A stretch of DNA of 64,000 bases from Botryllus schlosseri (lineage: Eukaryota), in the NCBI GenBank assembly GCA_051294905.1, contig CM119379.1, positions 23,870,001 to 23,934,000 of the forward strand, read 5' to 3'. Position numbers and translations under genes: made by a program. The notes below the pieces were generated by a model, which saw nothing but the letters and a program-made list of their open reading frames with translations, had not been told where the DNA came from and made no database searches. Position 1 is the first letter of the stretch, and each line of letters begins with the position of its first letter. Positions 14,801 through 29,800 of this stretch are shown here, in pieces.

Positions 14801-17800
14801 TTTTATTCGAATTGAGAAAATAGCTTTTGTGTACAAGTGCAGTTTATCCGGTTACAATATTGCGATATTCATACATTTCGCAATGGATTAGCTGACCGTT
14901 TGATGGTAAATATAATATTACACGAGGATGGCTATATACATTTTCTATGATATGATATTTGAGACAAATTAATAATCCTAGATATGGCTCACATCACTCG
15001 GGTTCGTCAATACACGATCACTATCCGGTAAGCTGCAGGAATGCGTCCGTTTCCTGCAAGACATTGGAGACCGAGATGTCACATCGGGGAATGCGCAGTA
15101 CAAGGTATATTTATATTTGAGTTGCTTGCGCGTTTCGAATATATATCTCATACCGAGTTTATGACGTTTCAGGAAATTACGATCACACTTCGAGACGTCA
15201 AGTCGATCGTTTTGTGCGCGGCAAGGAAGTTTGATGACAAATTCAAGATTTTGGCATTGCAAGGATCTGCTTTGGAGGCTGCGGAAGATACCTGTGTGGG
15301 AGATGCTGTCTGTTCAGTCCTGATAACCAAATTGACCGAGTATGATTATCTTGTGATGCTATCTTCATAAAGTTATTGTATTATATTCACCATTACGTTA
15401 TAACGGGGTGGCTCAGATGTCTTGCCCAAAATCAAATCATTTATTGAAAATATTATGCCATCGGATTGTTAAAATAGAAGGTTCTGCAATTCTACAAGTT
15501 TCACGTTATCACGTATTCTATTATTGATATCTGTAGGCCTAGCTGGGGGCTCGGAAGAAATACCATTTCAAGTTGTTCCAACTCCATCCTATCTTTTCAT
15601 TGTATTACAATCTTGCGGTGTTTTCAAATGATGAAATTATTAACAAACCAAACGCAAGTTAATGGGAATTCCTGTTTCGTATGGCATTTTTGGCATGAAG
15701 TCGCCTTGGATTTGTGCGATATTCCTTCAATTTACCATCTATTTTTTGCAGCGAGTTATTCCGCAATAAATTCAGAGATGTTTTATCACGGATATTTATG
15801 TTCAACGAAATTCAAAACGATGAAGTTCACCACAAAATCGAAGGTACGATCCTTGATCCCTGGTACACAATGTTTAAGTTTGGTTTATGATAGTTTAAAT
15901 AGCTTTTTTCTGTGAAGGTATGTTAGGGTTATGTATGCTTCCTATCATGCTTACAAATAGGGGGTGATAACATGATAATTATACGAATTTTCACTTTTTT
16001 ACGGCTGTATCGTCTGAAACTTGAAAAATAGATTTGAATTTTCAGAGGCTGTTCGCCACCAAGTGTACATCGACGGTCTCTCATCGGATTCTGCTTTTAT
16101 TTCCCGGATCATGGAGCTTTATCACGCCATCAACCGTGGTAAAGCCGTCATTCTAAATGGTCCGTCTGGATGTGGGAAAACTATGATATACAAGTAAGTA
16201 CTTGCTATTGATAGATCGCAAATGGAAGCTATTTATAAACTGATATCGTTCGTAGAACTTTGGCAAATTCGCTCAAGTTAATGCATGGAAATGAAGTCAC
16301 TCTGGAGGGAGATACGACCAAGGTAATTGTACATTTTGTCAGCTTAACGTGATTTTGAAGTCCGCTACTTGCTAATATACAAAATTTATATCTTTATTGG
16401 CAATTGTTGTAGACTTAAGCATATGTGTGCAGCCTGAATCCAGTATGCTTTGAATTATTTTACTGTTTTTTTCCCGTAAATTCGACTTCAACACCGATTC
16501 AGCTCTGGTCATGCCATTGATAAGTCTGTCGACTAGATATGAACGTACTACTGTATTTTCAAAGTACGCAATTAGAACTAGAACTAGAACTAGAACTGGT
16601 ACTAACCACCTTCAAAAATCTACAACCAACTAACTACAACCCAACTCCATCACCTGTCATCAGTCAATATTACCAGAGATTAATGAAAACTGAATCTAAT
16701 TTTGATCTGGAGTTGCGCAACCAGCAGTCTAAAGAAAACTCCAGTAAATTTTCTAAATTCTGACAGCTTTAAAATGTAACGTAAACCATCTGGAATATCA
16801 TGCATGAATATGTGTTTTCTCGCAGGGCAACGATAAGACGAATCAAACAGGAAAAGGTAAACGCTGACTCTGTTTAAAAAAAAGTTGTGGCCCTTAAAGT
16901 TGTGTGTTTTTTATGAAGGATTGGATGACGCGTTCGATGTCAAACTCATATTCACCGACGTATTATCGCAAGACGATCTCTTTGGACCTTTCTTGAACAA
17001 GTCGGGAGTGTGGATGCAAGGTAAGTGAGTATGTCTGTTATGCTGCGATTTTAAAAATATCGTTTTACTATCAAACAGGGATGTTATCGAAGATTTTGAA
17101 GAGCAACAATGAAATGGACGCCTTTAACGATGCTAATTCCACTAGAAAAGATCTTAAATTCAAGTGAGTATCAGAGATTTGCTAATATGACATAATGTTT
17201 CCTATTTGACAAATCATGACTCAACTTCATGATGTGGATAACTGCAATTCATGTCATAGTCTGTTTCAAAGGCTCTAAATATCTCACAATATCGCTTTTG
17301 CCTGCATGTAAGAAAAAACTTACCCCAAAACCGCCAGCTGCTCTAATAACAATCTCACAGAGTGAAAATTCCGCTCAAAATTCCGCTCAAAATTCCGGTA
17401 AATAGGATTGTCAGTGACTCTAAAATTGTTGCCCTGCCCATAAAATGGTAAAAGTAATCATCTTGTCACAAAATATTCATTATACCTAATTTTCATCAAC
17501 TGTTTACCCCGTTACTTGGTACATCCAGGTTGAATAAATGGATTGTTTTGGACGGCGAATTGAACGCACCGTGGATCGAATGCATGAACTGCCTGATTGA
17601 AGCTAGCAACGTGACGAGACTCCATGATTTAGACCAAGTGTCGTTGAACGATTCTACGGCGGTGATATTCGAAGTTTCAAATCTGTCGACGGCATCGCCA
17701 GCTGTATTGTCGAGGTAGGTACATTTCGAATGATTTCACTGGTCAACACATATTTTTAGGCAGACAAAGTAAGAGTGGTTTTGTGGCACTGATTCCGAAT

Positions 17801-20800
17801 TTGACCTTAGTTTTTTTCAGATTGGCTCTTGTTTTGGAGATAAACCATAGCAGTGGTTCTCAACCTTTTTTTAGACACGCCCCCCTTTATGATAGTGAAA
17901 AAATTTCTCGCCCTCCTTATCGTCATATCACAAAATCCAACCAGGATGCTAGCAACCCCAACAGATTGTTTGGTGGCATGGAAGGTTAAGACTGTTGGTG
18001 GGATAATTCAAAAATATGAAATTCGGTCTATATATAGAGAAAGACGTGTGAATTGGAAGTAAATCGCGCGGAGCACGAAAAAAATTTTCAGTTGACCGTT
18101 TCCTCGCGCCCCCCATTCAGATGCTTTCACGATCCCCAAGTGGGGCGCGCCCCCCAGGGAGAACCACTGATCCATGGGGTTATTTGGACCAAATTCTCCC
18201 ATTTTACCTGTAATTGCTAGATAGGAAATTGGCTCAGTCGTAATATAAAGTTTAAAAATTCAATCTACTTGTTATTTTGACACGCAGAAGACTCTTTTAA
18301 CTCAAAATACAGCAACAGCACTATATTTAGGGATATTAGATAGGTTTGTTCACGGATATCATGTACATAAATAAATTCCAGTCATGTATATAAGTATTAA
18401 CTTGAATACTCAAATATCATGGCATTAATTCAATCAGTTTTACGTCAACCACCTATTGTAAATTTCAAATAATCAGTTGGAATATAATATGATTCGTTTA
18501 TTTTAAAGCACACTTGTTTTTTGTGCGATTTTTGCCTGTAAGTAATTTAGTGCAGTTTCTCTAAAGGTTACAGCAATGGTCTGCAATAATATGTTCATCT
18601 TATCTGCCCTGATATGTTACTTATGTTGTTTTGATGCATGCAAATCCGTATTTTCGCACCAAATGTTAGGAGAAATTTCATGCAGTGAACTCCTTCCTAA
18701 TATGAAAATGGAATCTTTCATCCGTATTCGAATCTGAAATCTGTCAAAGATACCAGATTCAAGCTTCTCGTTTCATAGGGACACTGGGTATACCCACTTT
18801 GTTGACTCAGTGGAAAATCATCCATTTACAAGTCAAAAGAAGTGAGACGCATATCAGTATTGAATATTCAAAGATTTGTACATAGTTATGCGTCGTCATA
18901 CTTCATTGCTCACTGCAATTTTGTTAAGACATGTTACCATTCAGGTGTGAAGTCGTTAACTGCTCCAACACAAACCAATGGAATTTCATTACCGATTCGT
19001 GGATGGACTCGGCTTACAGCAAGTTTGCCGTCACGCGACTCATGGTCAAAACTTGGAAGGATATGATCGAGGACTTGGTGCCGAAATCTTTGGAATTTTT
19101 GCGCCGCTTCGACAATAACGTACTCAATTATGGGGCGACTTACGATCAGAAGGTATGTTGGTGAAATCTACGAAATCTAGGTTTGTTAGCAGACTATGTT
19201 ATTATGATTGGAGAGGGCAAATTTAAATGTTGTTAAATTCACCAATTTAGGATTGTAAATATATTAATTCGGTTTCCTGCAGAAATTTTTGAATTTGCTT
19301 GGTATAATGGTATGACAATTACTTGACAGTATATCATCGAGCCCATCTGTGCCAGAGATTAGAATTCAAGCCATTGAATGTATTTCATATCATTTCCATG
19401 TCCAAGTTCATATGCGGTATTAACTGAAATTTTATTGAAAAGTTGCGTGAAAACTGTAATTTCTATTATCAGCTGAAAATACTCTGGTTTATTTTAGTAT
19501 GAATATATTACTCAATTGTATATTGAAGTTCTGTTCCTCCAAAGAGTATCTTATTGACAAAGATCAGTCACTGGGGTAGCGCAGACAATTTTACTTTTCT
19601 TCATCAAAGATGCAGCTGGCGTCATCCAGCGGCATAGCGGAGATCACTTCGTTTTTGCAAATATTCGAATCCCTGATGACCACTCATTTGAGCAGACATG
19701 CCACGAAATCTTCGGACGACGACAAAGGAAGGTGAATGTGACACAAAAATCATGTCTCAGGCATTGTCATTTGCACTGGTACATTAGTTAATCGCGGTAA
19801 TCATTTTCCTTCCTTGTAATTGTTATACGATTGTATTAGGTCGTACATTTCGATTTGCTTCTTCGATCTCTTCACGTCAAGTCTTCTAAATTTCATGTCG
19901 ATGACGCCATATGTGGTGATACAGTAGTCAATATACAGTAGGGTTACCATATTTTGGAAATCTGAAAAGAGGACACTTTTCAAAGTTTTCAGACTTGCAA
20001 AACTGGAGGAAAATCCTCAAAAAATGGTTCGGTTGACTAAAAAAAAGGTGAACTTTCCGACCCAGCTCCCGAAATACCCGACGGAGCGTTACTTCAGTGC
20101 TGATTTACTGTGACTAAGTCGATTTTGCCATATATTTAACCAAAATTCTCAAAATAGAGGACACTTTCAAAAAAGTCAAAAAAAAGGACAAATCCTCTTA
20201 AAAGAGGACGTATGGTAACCCTAATATACAGTGTTGTTTCCAATTCGCTACTAGTTGCTGACGATTACCCCTGACGAGTGTCAGCCGAAAATATTCAGGT
20301 TTGTGAGGAATAAATTTACTCTCTCTATATATACATTCCTGCCGCTACCCCTGCTTTATACGAATATCATGCCTCGAGATATTTCCAAGGTCCACCGCGG
20401 TTTCGAGGGTCGAATACTCGCAGAGTCCCGCGTCAAGTTTCAGCGTCGCACGCTCGCAGAGGGAAAAAGACGTTCCTGAATTTCACCAGCAAGTGAGAGA
20501 TTGGATTTTTTTGCCATTGGCAAAACATATCGGTAGCGGATAGCAAAAGTGCTCATGGGTTCAATGTCAGATAACCTTTCTCAGATGCTAGTGGTTTACA
20601 GCAAACTTGGACAAGTAGATAATTCTAGTTTTCCAGATAGACTGATTAAAGCGAAATGCTGAATATCTCATTCTAATCTAATTTGGAAATCCTGAAAATT
20701 TTCTAGTTCTATAGTTTTTCAACATGGACGCAATCCAGTTCAACGAAACCAGAATTGTTTCTCAATTTAAAAAGCGATCCGAAAAATACCCTGCTAGCAA

Positions 20801-23800
20801 TATGAGAAAAAGAATAATTGTACTTATCTGTATATTGATATTTCTCATCAATGTGACGCCTGACTCCAATAGACTTGAAGACAGTGTCTTGATTGCAACA
20901 CTGGTATGTATATTGAATATATTTTTCAGCTGTCCAATAATTTTTTCGCCTTTGCCTTCATCTGGGCGTTTGGAGGGCGTTTGCTCGAAGAAGACATGCC
21001 GCGATTCGACGCCTTTTTCAGGAATTTACTGTCAGAGTTGGAGTGAGTCCAGTCTTCGATTTGCGTGTGTATTGCTGGTTGAAACATGTTCCTCTCTCAG
21101 ATTTGAAATCGAAATCCCAGTCTACGAAAATGTATTTGAGTATTTTGTCGACCCGGAATCGGGATTCTGGACTCTGTGGGAGGACAATATCGATTCGCGG
21201 GGTAACGCGGCGATGGAGGAAGTGAATTACTCCAGTGTTCATCAGGTGGGTCTGACAGAATAGACAAGATTTCATGACACCAGAGGTGGTCAGTAACGAA
21301 GTATTTTGTACTTTTCGATGTATTTGAGTCGATTTTTGCCAGCTTTCACCACTTTTTTACAATTTTGAAATGGATAAATAGAAATTAGTTATGAGTTAAG
21401 TTTGCATCAGTTTCTAGAGTGAAATTTCTTTAAGAACCGCCTGAATTAGCCCCTGTAAACATCAAAGACAGAAATATACAGTGTCCTATTTGTATAACGG
21501 TAACTGAATCTGTTTTCGAATATTCTACGTATGTGTACTGGGTAGTGTTCTTGTTAATTTTGCTTTAGTTGCGATAATACATCTGCCGATATCGAAAGTA
21601 GCCACCTCCTATTTTGTGACCCTCTTTGACCAAATCTGCGACCTTTAGTACCTTTAAAACCCCTCATTTTCAACTTTCACCTATGTATCGCAATTCTTGT
21701 GTTATCTTGAATCGGAAAAATAATTCTAATGATGATAATGACCTTATCACTAGGGATGGTGTGAACCTCTGAAAGGTTCAGGTTCGTGTGAACGCGAACC
21801 TTTTTGAAAGGTTCTGTGTGAACACGAACGTGAACCTCATGACGTCACGTGACGTCATATTGCTAATTCCAACCCTACATTGCGACGAAGTAGTAGCCTG
21901 TTTTAATGTACACGATACCTAGCGACAACGCGGGCCACATAATGTCACGATGCTAAAGTACATATTGATGTTTTAACGTCGCCTAATGTATCAACTGAGG
22001 CAATCAAATGGTATAATAATCCGATAAAATCAATATCTTCCGTCTCGTTGCCAACAATTTCAAAAAGGACTTGCAAGGGAGTATAAGCTTACGCCTTAAC
22101 GGTCTAGGCAAGACCGAACATTGTATCCGGCGTCCGAGTATTGCTACGTTGATTAATTGAGCAGAGTGTAAATCGGGTTTCTATTCTTGCTACCGATATT
22201 ACCTCATTACCAAGTTATACAGCAGTAGCCAACACCCCGATCGCACGAATTTAGTTTTTATGATACAATAAACATGTGCAAGCAGGATGGACTCCGTACG
22301 CCTGCTAGATATTTTACATCAGACAACGATATCAATTTCACTGATTGGTTGAATAAGTATCATTATGACTACCTACAATCCTATATGTAGTGTATTTCGC
22401 TCTTAATGCGGGTCACGTTCACAGCAGAGAGTCAATAAATATTCACAAACGGAAAGCTGGATATTTCGAGTTAACTTTTGTAGCGAAGCAAGTAAAATTT
22501 TTGAGATTTTCAAGGTGTATGCTCGTTTATTGTTGGTTTTTCTATGCTGTCAACGCCATGCATAGAGTGGCCGGCAGTTGAAATGCAGTAATTTTCAACG
22601 AAAGATATTATAATGAAGTAAAAATTGTAATTTAGGAAAAAGGTTCACAGTGCAGAACCTACCAAGGTTCGTTTGTGAACGTGAACCTCTAAATTTCTGA
22701 GGTTCACACACAGAACGCGAACGTGAACCTCAAGTTCACACCATCCCTACTTATCACCACATTGCAAGCCTGCTGACTCGTTTCTTCTGAACCGTGCAGA
22801 TCGAAAGATACGCTTACCTCTCCGCGATTCTGTTACGGCATGAATCCCCGGTTCTGCTTGTCGGCGAACGAGGTTGTGGAAAAACATCAATGGTCACTAA
22901 TCTGCTGTCGGAAGAACACGCGATGAGCCGTGTACCGATATCAGCCGGTAAACTATTCCTTTACTATTACTTATAATTGGTAGCCTCACCATGCAGACAC
23001 ATCTATTCAGTTTGGATTCGAATGGTTGCCGTCAATAGATTCATGTATAACACATGCAATATAAAAAAAGGCAGCAGAATATTTCTTATTCACATCAAGT
23101 TTCAATTCTTTCCTTTTGAGTTGGATAATTTATCGTTGTTGATGGCTTCAATTTGAATGTTTACTGGCCTTCAAACGTATGTGTTGAAATTTCAACACTC
23201 TCCAAGCTATAAAGGTTGTGAATACTAGTCGGCTGGTCTCGCGAACCTTGACCTGACATATCTACCTCGCCAATAGACATATGCGTCCTTCATTTTCATT
23301 GCTCGTCCTTTTATGTTATCCCTTATTTCTTTCCATCCAGTGTCTATGCCTCTTCTTTACCCAGGTCCAGGTGGGTGTCTGATTTCAAAGATTATTTCAA
23401 GTCATTTCGACACCTTCCTATCTTTTCATTTTATTGCAGTCTTGTGGTGTTTTGAACTGATGAAGTTATTGATAAAACTGATACTGTTACTGAACTAGTT
23501 TAGACTGTAATGACTGTAATGTAATGTTGCTTACTGTGACAAAATCATTCAATTCGTCTATTTATTGCAGGCATGACGCCGCGTCATTTGCAAAAGCTGA
23601 TCGAATCTCGGTCTTCCAATCTGAAGCAACATAACATCGGACTTATGGCTCACCCGAACGCGGTGATCGACACGCGCGCAGATAAAGATGTCAAGTGCTT
23701 GATCTTTCTCGATGATTTATCTTGTGCTCCCAATATCGTGGGAGACGCCACCGAGAATCTGGCTATTCAGCCGGTTCACGCACTAGTGAGACAGGTATAT

Positions 23801-26800
23801 AATTAGTTATTTGCTTGTTGGCATCTTATTTGAACTTTTTAGGTGTGAGAAATTACGCTACCTTTGATTGTATTGTTATTTAATCAAAATTCATTTATTT
23901 CATCCAAATTTGTACATTTGCTTCAAATAGTTGAATAGGTGACTGGCGGTACTTAATTTGAAAGTAAATTTCATAACTAAATTCATTGTAGTCTCATTTA
24001 TTTAACTGTTTGGCTTTTTGTGTGCCTCTTAATAAAACTTGTTGTCACAATAACATGCATAAAATTTTAATGGAGATTTTAATGGAAACCAATTGGAAAA
24101 GTATGCAATAATCAAAACAAAGAAAAACGTATCAGAATCTAATTATATGGTACACTGAAAAACGTTGGATGGACATATATCAGTATATATTAATGTGATA
24201 TTATGTATCATGTTATATAAAATATCATATATCAATAACATGATCTCATTCTTTGGTATGACTTTGTCTAGCATTCTTTTTATAATCATATCATTAAATT
24301 ATATGTTTCCGAAATGGATTTTATTTTTATCTCTGTTTATATGCTTGTAATTGCGTCTTTACTTCTGGATGATATCCACCCAAAAATTCTTTGATGTAAA
24401 TGAATTATATTGCAATGAATCTAGTTCTAACGGCAATAATGTAAAATTTGTAGACATTTGTGAAATCATCCCGTCTTTGCAATTCCAGATTTTGAGCAGC
24501 GGGACTCTGTACGACCACGAACACCAGCTCATCCAAACCATAAAGGGCAAAGTTAATTTCCTGGCCGCCTCCTGCCTGCCCGGGGCTCCTGGATCGGGTC
24601 ACGGATACTCAAGCCATATGCTGTTCCCGAGATTGACGAGATTGTTCACAGTCATACATTTCCGCAAGGTTGTGTCTTGTGACTTATTCCATTAGATTTC
24701 GACGATCACGCTCCTTTTCGCTTGTAGCCTTCAAGAGAAGCCATATTGAGCATCTACCACAATTCCGTACAGTCTTGGCTTGAGGAATTTCCGGCATACT
24801 CGTTATCGCGGCATTATGATTTATCACAGGTGATGAAACTGGATAGGCTAATACTCTTTGCCAATTTGTCTGACAAGCAGGCTTGGACAGCTAGATAATT
24901 CAAATAGTCTAATTAGCCTAATAAGAGCGAAATGTGTGTAATCGAGTTCTAGTTCTACTTCTAATTACAAAATATCAATGCTTTACACATGATTCAAACC
25001 ATGATTCAACTTCTCATAAGCTGCACGTGTTGTTGAAATGTTTTGAAGAGATTTTGACTTGACGTTAGTGGCATAAATTCCACAGGGAAATGAAAAGTTT
25101 GCATCATATCTTATCCTTCATTTGAAGTCGAGTTAAGCTGTGATGTAGATCCATGTTCACACCACATGCCAAAGTACATTATACGAAATCACGCCGTGAT
25201 TTCTAGAGAAGTTTGTGCAATATCTTATCCTCTATTTGAAGTAGACATAAGCTGCTATTTAGATCCATATTTACTTCACTAGCCGAAGTACATTATAGGA
25301 ATTCATGCCGTGAATTCACAGATAAGTTTGTATAATATCCTTTGTATAATATATAGCCTCAATTTGAAGTAGATTGATATTTATGTAACTAACTGATGTA
25401 CATTACACAGGCTATCATTGCTGGAGCACACGAGATCTACTCTACGGTAAAAGGTCATTTCAAACCAGCTCCGTCTCAGCCGACTTATCTCTTCTCTCTA
25501 CACGATATCGCACAAGTGATGAGGGTATAGTTTTTGCTATCGATATAGATCGGTTTATTTTTTCAGCTCCACGTTTCATTAAGGGTATGTTTTTGCTCGC
25601 GCCTAAAGCTCGGGGGCGTCCGAAGCCGATTAGGAAAAGAATGCCAGGTGGTCGCGACGATGGAAATATGGGAAGACTCAGGCCCCTGGCTGGTAGACCC
25701 ACTCGACGTTTAGGAGGGCGGCAATATGGTATGTAAACTATCTTGCTTGCATCATTTTTACATTATTACAAAGTTACCGTCAGGGCTACGCAAAATTATT
25801 TGTGAATTCTAATAATTGTAATGATTTGACACTGCTGAAATGATACGCTTCTTGTCACTAACAGTTAATTAATTTATCAACGAGAATTATGGCCTCAATG
25901 CTTTCCTCCCAACACAGAAGCCTTGAGACTTCAATTTATTGTATCACAGCATCCAAAATATGTACTAAAAAGCTACACTCATTAGTGGAAATGACATATC
26001 TGCAAAATCATGATCAATGCAGAGCATTGTCACAAAGTACAACGATCTAGGCATGGTCGAAACATACCAAATTACCTTTATGTGATGCAGAAATGGCGTT
26101 ATTATCTTTGTGGTCATATATAACGGTACATATTTGATCGTTCCGCATTGTCCATACTCTCAGGACACAATAACTAGTTATTTTTCCAGCCCTTGTCTGA
26201 ACACAGTAGCGCGTGCTCTCATGAAATCAATTGTAAAAATTTTCTCATACAGGCGATAACGCCGCGGGTAATTCCGCGATGATGCGCACCATCATTCGAC
26301 TGTGGCTGCACGAGTGTTGCCGCACGTTCGCCGACCGAATGACCGCTTCAGACCACAAGATATGGGTGTCCGATCTGGTTTTGTCCATGCTGAAGAAGCA
26401 CTTCTGTCAAGGTACAGTGCTTGGTGTGGTATTTGACGTGAATTTGAGTATACATTTATAATATAAGCATTAATAAAATATATTCAAACCAAAGCTGGCA
26501 CTGACACTCATCAGGGGCAGACTTGGCAAACTAGATAATTCTAGTTGTCTAATTGGTTTAAATATTTCATTTCATTTGAATTTATATGTATTAACACTCT
26601 CTTGGAGGTACAGAACTTCAATATACAATTGAATAGTATATTGATATTGAAATGAACCCGAATATTTTCGGCTGACACTCGTCAGGGTAATCGTCAGCAA
26701 TTAGTAGAGAATTCAAAAAAACATCGTATATCAACAATCGTCGTATTTTGTGCTACGATTGTTGATATACGATGTTATTTTGATTTCTCTACTAGTGAAA

Positions 26801-29800
26801 AAACGTAAAATTTATCATTTTCTAATTTTTGACTTCTGTTGGTAAACATTTGTTGGATAATCCCGAGAAAAAATCATCAAAGTACACAAATTATGTGCTT
26901 ACAGAAGGAGTTTGCGTACCATCTAAAAATACTACATTGAACGCTGTCTTATTCAAAATTTCATGTCGGTACCGTCATATTTTGTGATACGATTTGTGAT
27001 ATACGATGTTCTTTCCAATTCTCTACTAGTTGCTGACGATTACCCCTGACGAGCGTCAGCCGAAAATATTTGGGCTCATTTCAATATGAATATACTATTC
27101 AATTGTATATTGAAGTTCTGTACCTCCAAGGAGCTCTTCTAATTTCTGATAGTGTTTTCTTTGTAATATTTGCATCACTTGTGTGCAGATCCAAGGGAAA
27201 GCCGCGCAGATACACCGGGATCTGTTAGAGGCTACTCGTTGACGCCTCCTATCCCGTCAGGACACTTTTCTCAGTTAACTGGGTCGTCTTCACCCTATTC
27301 AACGACTATGAATGATGAAGATGTATCTGGCGGCAATCTGGAATCGATTGGGAACGAATCATCTTTGGTATTTTAACTCAAATTATTGAACTTTTACCTA
27401 AATACTATTGTAGATTGTACATTTTCAACATACTGTGAAACATCATACAATAGTTAATATCGTACAAATCATGCAATATTGCGTAATTCAACTACATAAG
27501 GTCTACATAAGTTATAATTTTGTCAAAATAAAGTTTTTTAATGGCAAATAGTGTCAAAATTTTCAAATATCCACTCAATTTTTAGGTTTAAAAGTAATCA
27601 CACTGGTTATCACTAGAGCGATTTTTTGACCGAAAAACGGAAGATTTTGACCGCAAAAATCGAAATTTTGACATTTTTTTACCTTAAAAAACTTACTTTT
27701 GACAAAATTTAGACCTAAAGTATGCAGATTAGGTATTTTGCTACATAATGTTAGAATTTTACTACTTATCATTGCTGGTTGGAACTGTCTGTCCTTTCGA
27801 AGTAGTTTGGCCTGAAAAACTTTTTTGACTCCAAAACTGACGAATTTTTACATGAAAAAACTTAATTCTAACCAAATCTGGCCCTATGAAGAATTCCAGT
27901 CGTTATATCACGTATTATGGTAGAAATAATATAAATTTATTGTAGTACAACAAAAGATACTTTCCTACATTCTCGGGTAGAGAGTGTTTGTCCTTACTAA
28001 GTAGCTTGTTAAGAATAGAGAGAGAACGTTCAACAGCAGCAGTTGTTGGCTGACAACACTGAAGTTGTGCGTACACTGCTGGTGACAGACCGTGTTGCTT
28101 CATTCTGACAATGCTGTCTACATCACAATTTCTCATCATGCGCTTCTTGATATAAGAACCATGCAATGCCCACGCAGTCTAGCTTCAGTTAAAATATTGC
28201 GGTTTGACTTTGAAAACAATTCTGACATTTTTTGACTTAATGCTATAATTTTGACAAAATTTTGACTTTTTTAGACATGTCAAGTAAAAAATCGCTCTAG
28301 TTATCACCAATGAATTCCTACAGGAATCCACACTTATCCTTTAGATGTACGACTTATAATGCAGGATACATGCTATTATCTTCATTTGTATCGCTATTAA
28401 TGCCTTGTCTGATAAACATTATTAAGCTGCTAATACTCTTGCCTAATTTGCAGAGAGATGGAGCTGTCACTGAAGACAACATGGTCTCGTTAACATCTGA
28501 AGACGGAGTCCAATCCGCTTCGCAGAGGGACTCGAAGAATTCCAATGCTGCCGATACCAATTCCAACGCTGCGGATACGGAGGTGAATTGCATTATTTAC
28601 TGCGGAGTAAATGAATGTCTGTGTTCGAGAGCTTGCCTACTACATGCAACGCGCCTTCATTTTTGTAATTAACTTTGCTATTTCAATTTCAGATCATGGA
28701 GTCTGAGAGCGCATCATTATTCATCGAAGAAGACGGTAAAATATTTATAATTACGCACCGCTTCATTTGTCTTTTTTCAAAACTGCTTTCCTTCCACATG
28801 ATGTTGTAATAATTTCAATCAATCCAATTCCCATTTATTGTTGCAACAGGCCAACGCAGACTTGGACAACCAGGAAATTTTCAGTCTTACAAAATTAGAT
28901 TAGAATTAGAATTGTGACTGCAATTTTTTCCAAATTAGATTAGAATTAGAATTGCTGAATTCGTGAAAACTTGGGCATTGAATCAAGCTCAGTATGTATC
29001 AAACCAGAGTCCATTCTTATGAGCATGGGGATAGCAAATGTTTGCGCAGCAAGATTGGCTCATTTTGTACTATATAGGTCTTCTGTAGCTTTTAGCGCAT
29101 AGAAACATTTCACAAATCCAATTAAAATTACAAATAGAGCAAAGAAACATTTCACAAATTAGATTAGAATTACATTATAGGCATCTCGCTCTAGTTGTAC
29201 AACTAAAATTATCTAGGTGTCCAAGTCTGGACCAAGTCAATTCGCAAATTATTTTCTTATACCTAGCGAAACTTCTCAATGATCTGTTGTAGCTTGGAAC
29301 TGATTCTCGAGTTCGCTTTTCTAAATTTGAGAAGCAAATCGTATGAATATATGAGATATCGTTTTTGAGACTGCCGAATAAGTGTTGAAATTCATGGTTT
29401 TCTTTTGAATTTCGATTCACGGAAAGCATTTGTTTATCAGATGGGGTTTCTGAATTCTCCGAGTTTCAAGACGACGAAACTTCTGACGGAGAATTGGGTC
29501 CGCAATCTACCGCGGTCAAGACAGCGTAAGTTCTTAACATCGTCGCCAGCGAATATGACAAAATATTCTATCTGAAAAGTCAAATTTTCTGCCTTTTTAC
29601 TCAAAAACTCAAATTTTCAGCGACTCTGATGAAGACGAAAGTGCCAGCCCCGATTCTGTCGATCAAGAGTCGAAATCCAACAGGGAATCGGCCGAGAAGC
29701 GCGCCGAAACCACAACAGACACCCAAGGTATGGATAACTCGGCATTTACTACCGCTAAAACACTTTTTTTGCTATCTCAAAGCAGCTTTAATGCAGGACC

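Noticed and set aside
17365-17398. (AAAATTCCGCTC)x3 and other microsatellites (30393-30412 ATG, 55818-55832 CA)
   Set aside because: Ordinary short tandem repeats with no further structure.
20724-21263. 179-aa ORF from the track
   Set aside because: A chance read-through of a repeat, an out-of-frame exon and a 58-nt intron; only the last 48 codons (exon 21101-21245) are real.
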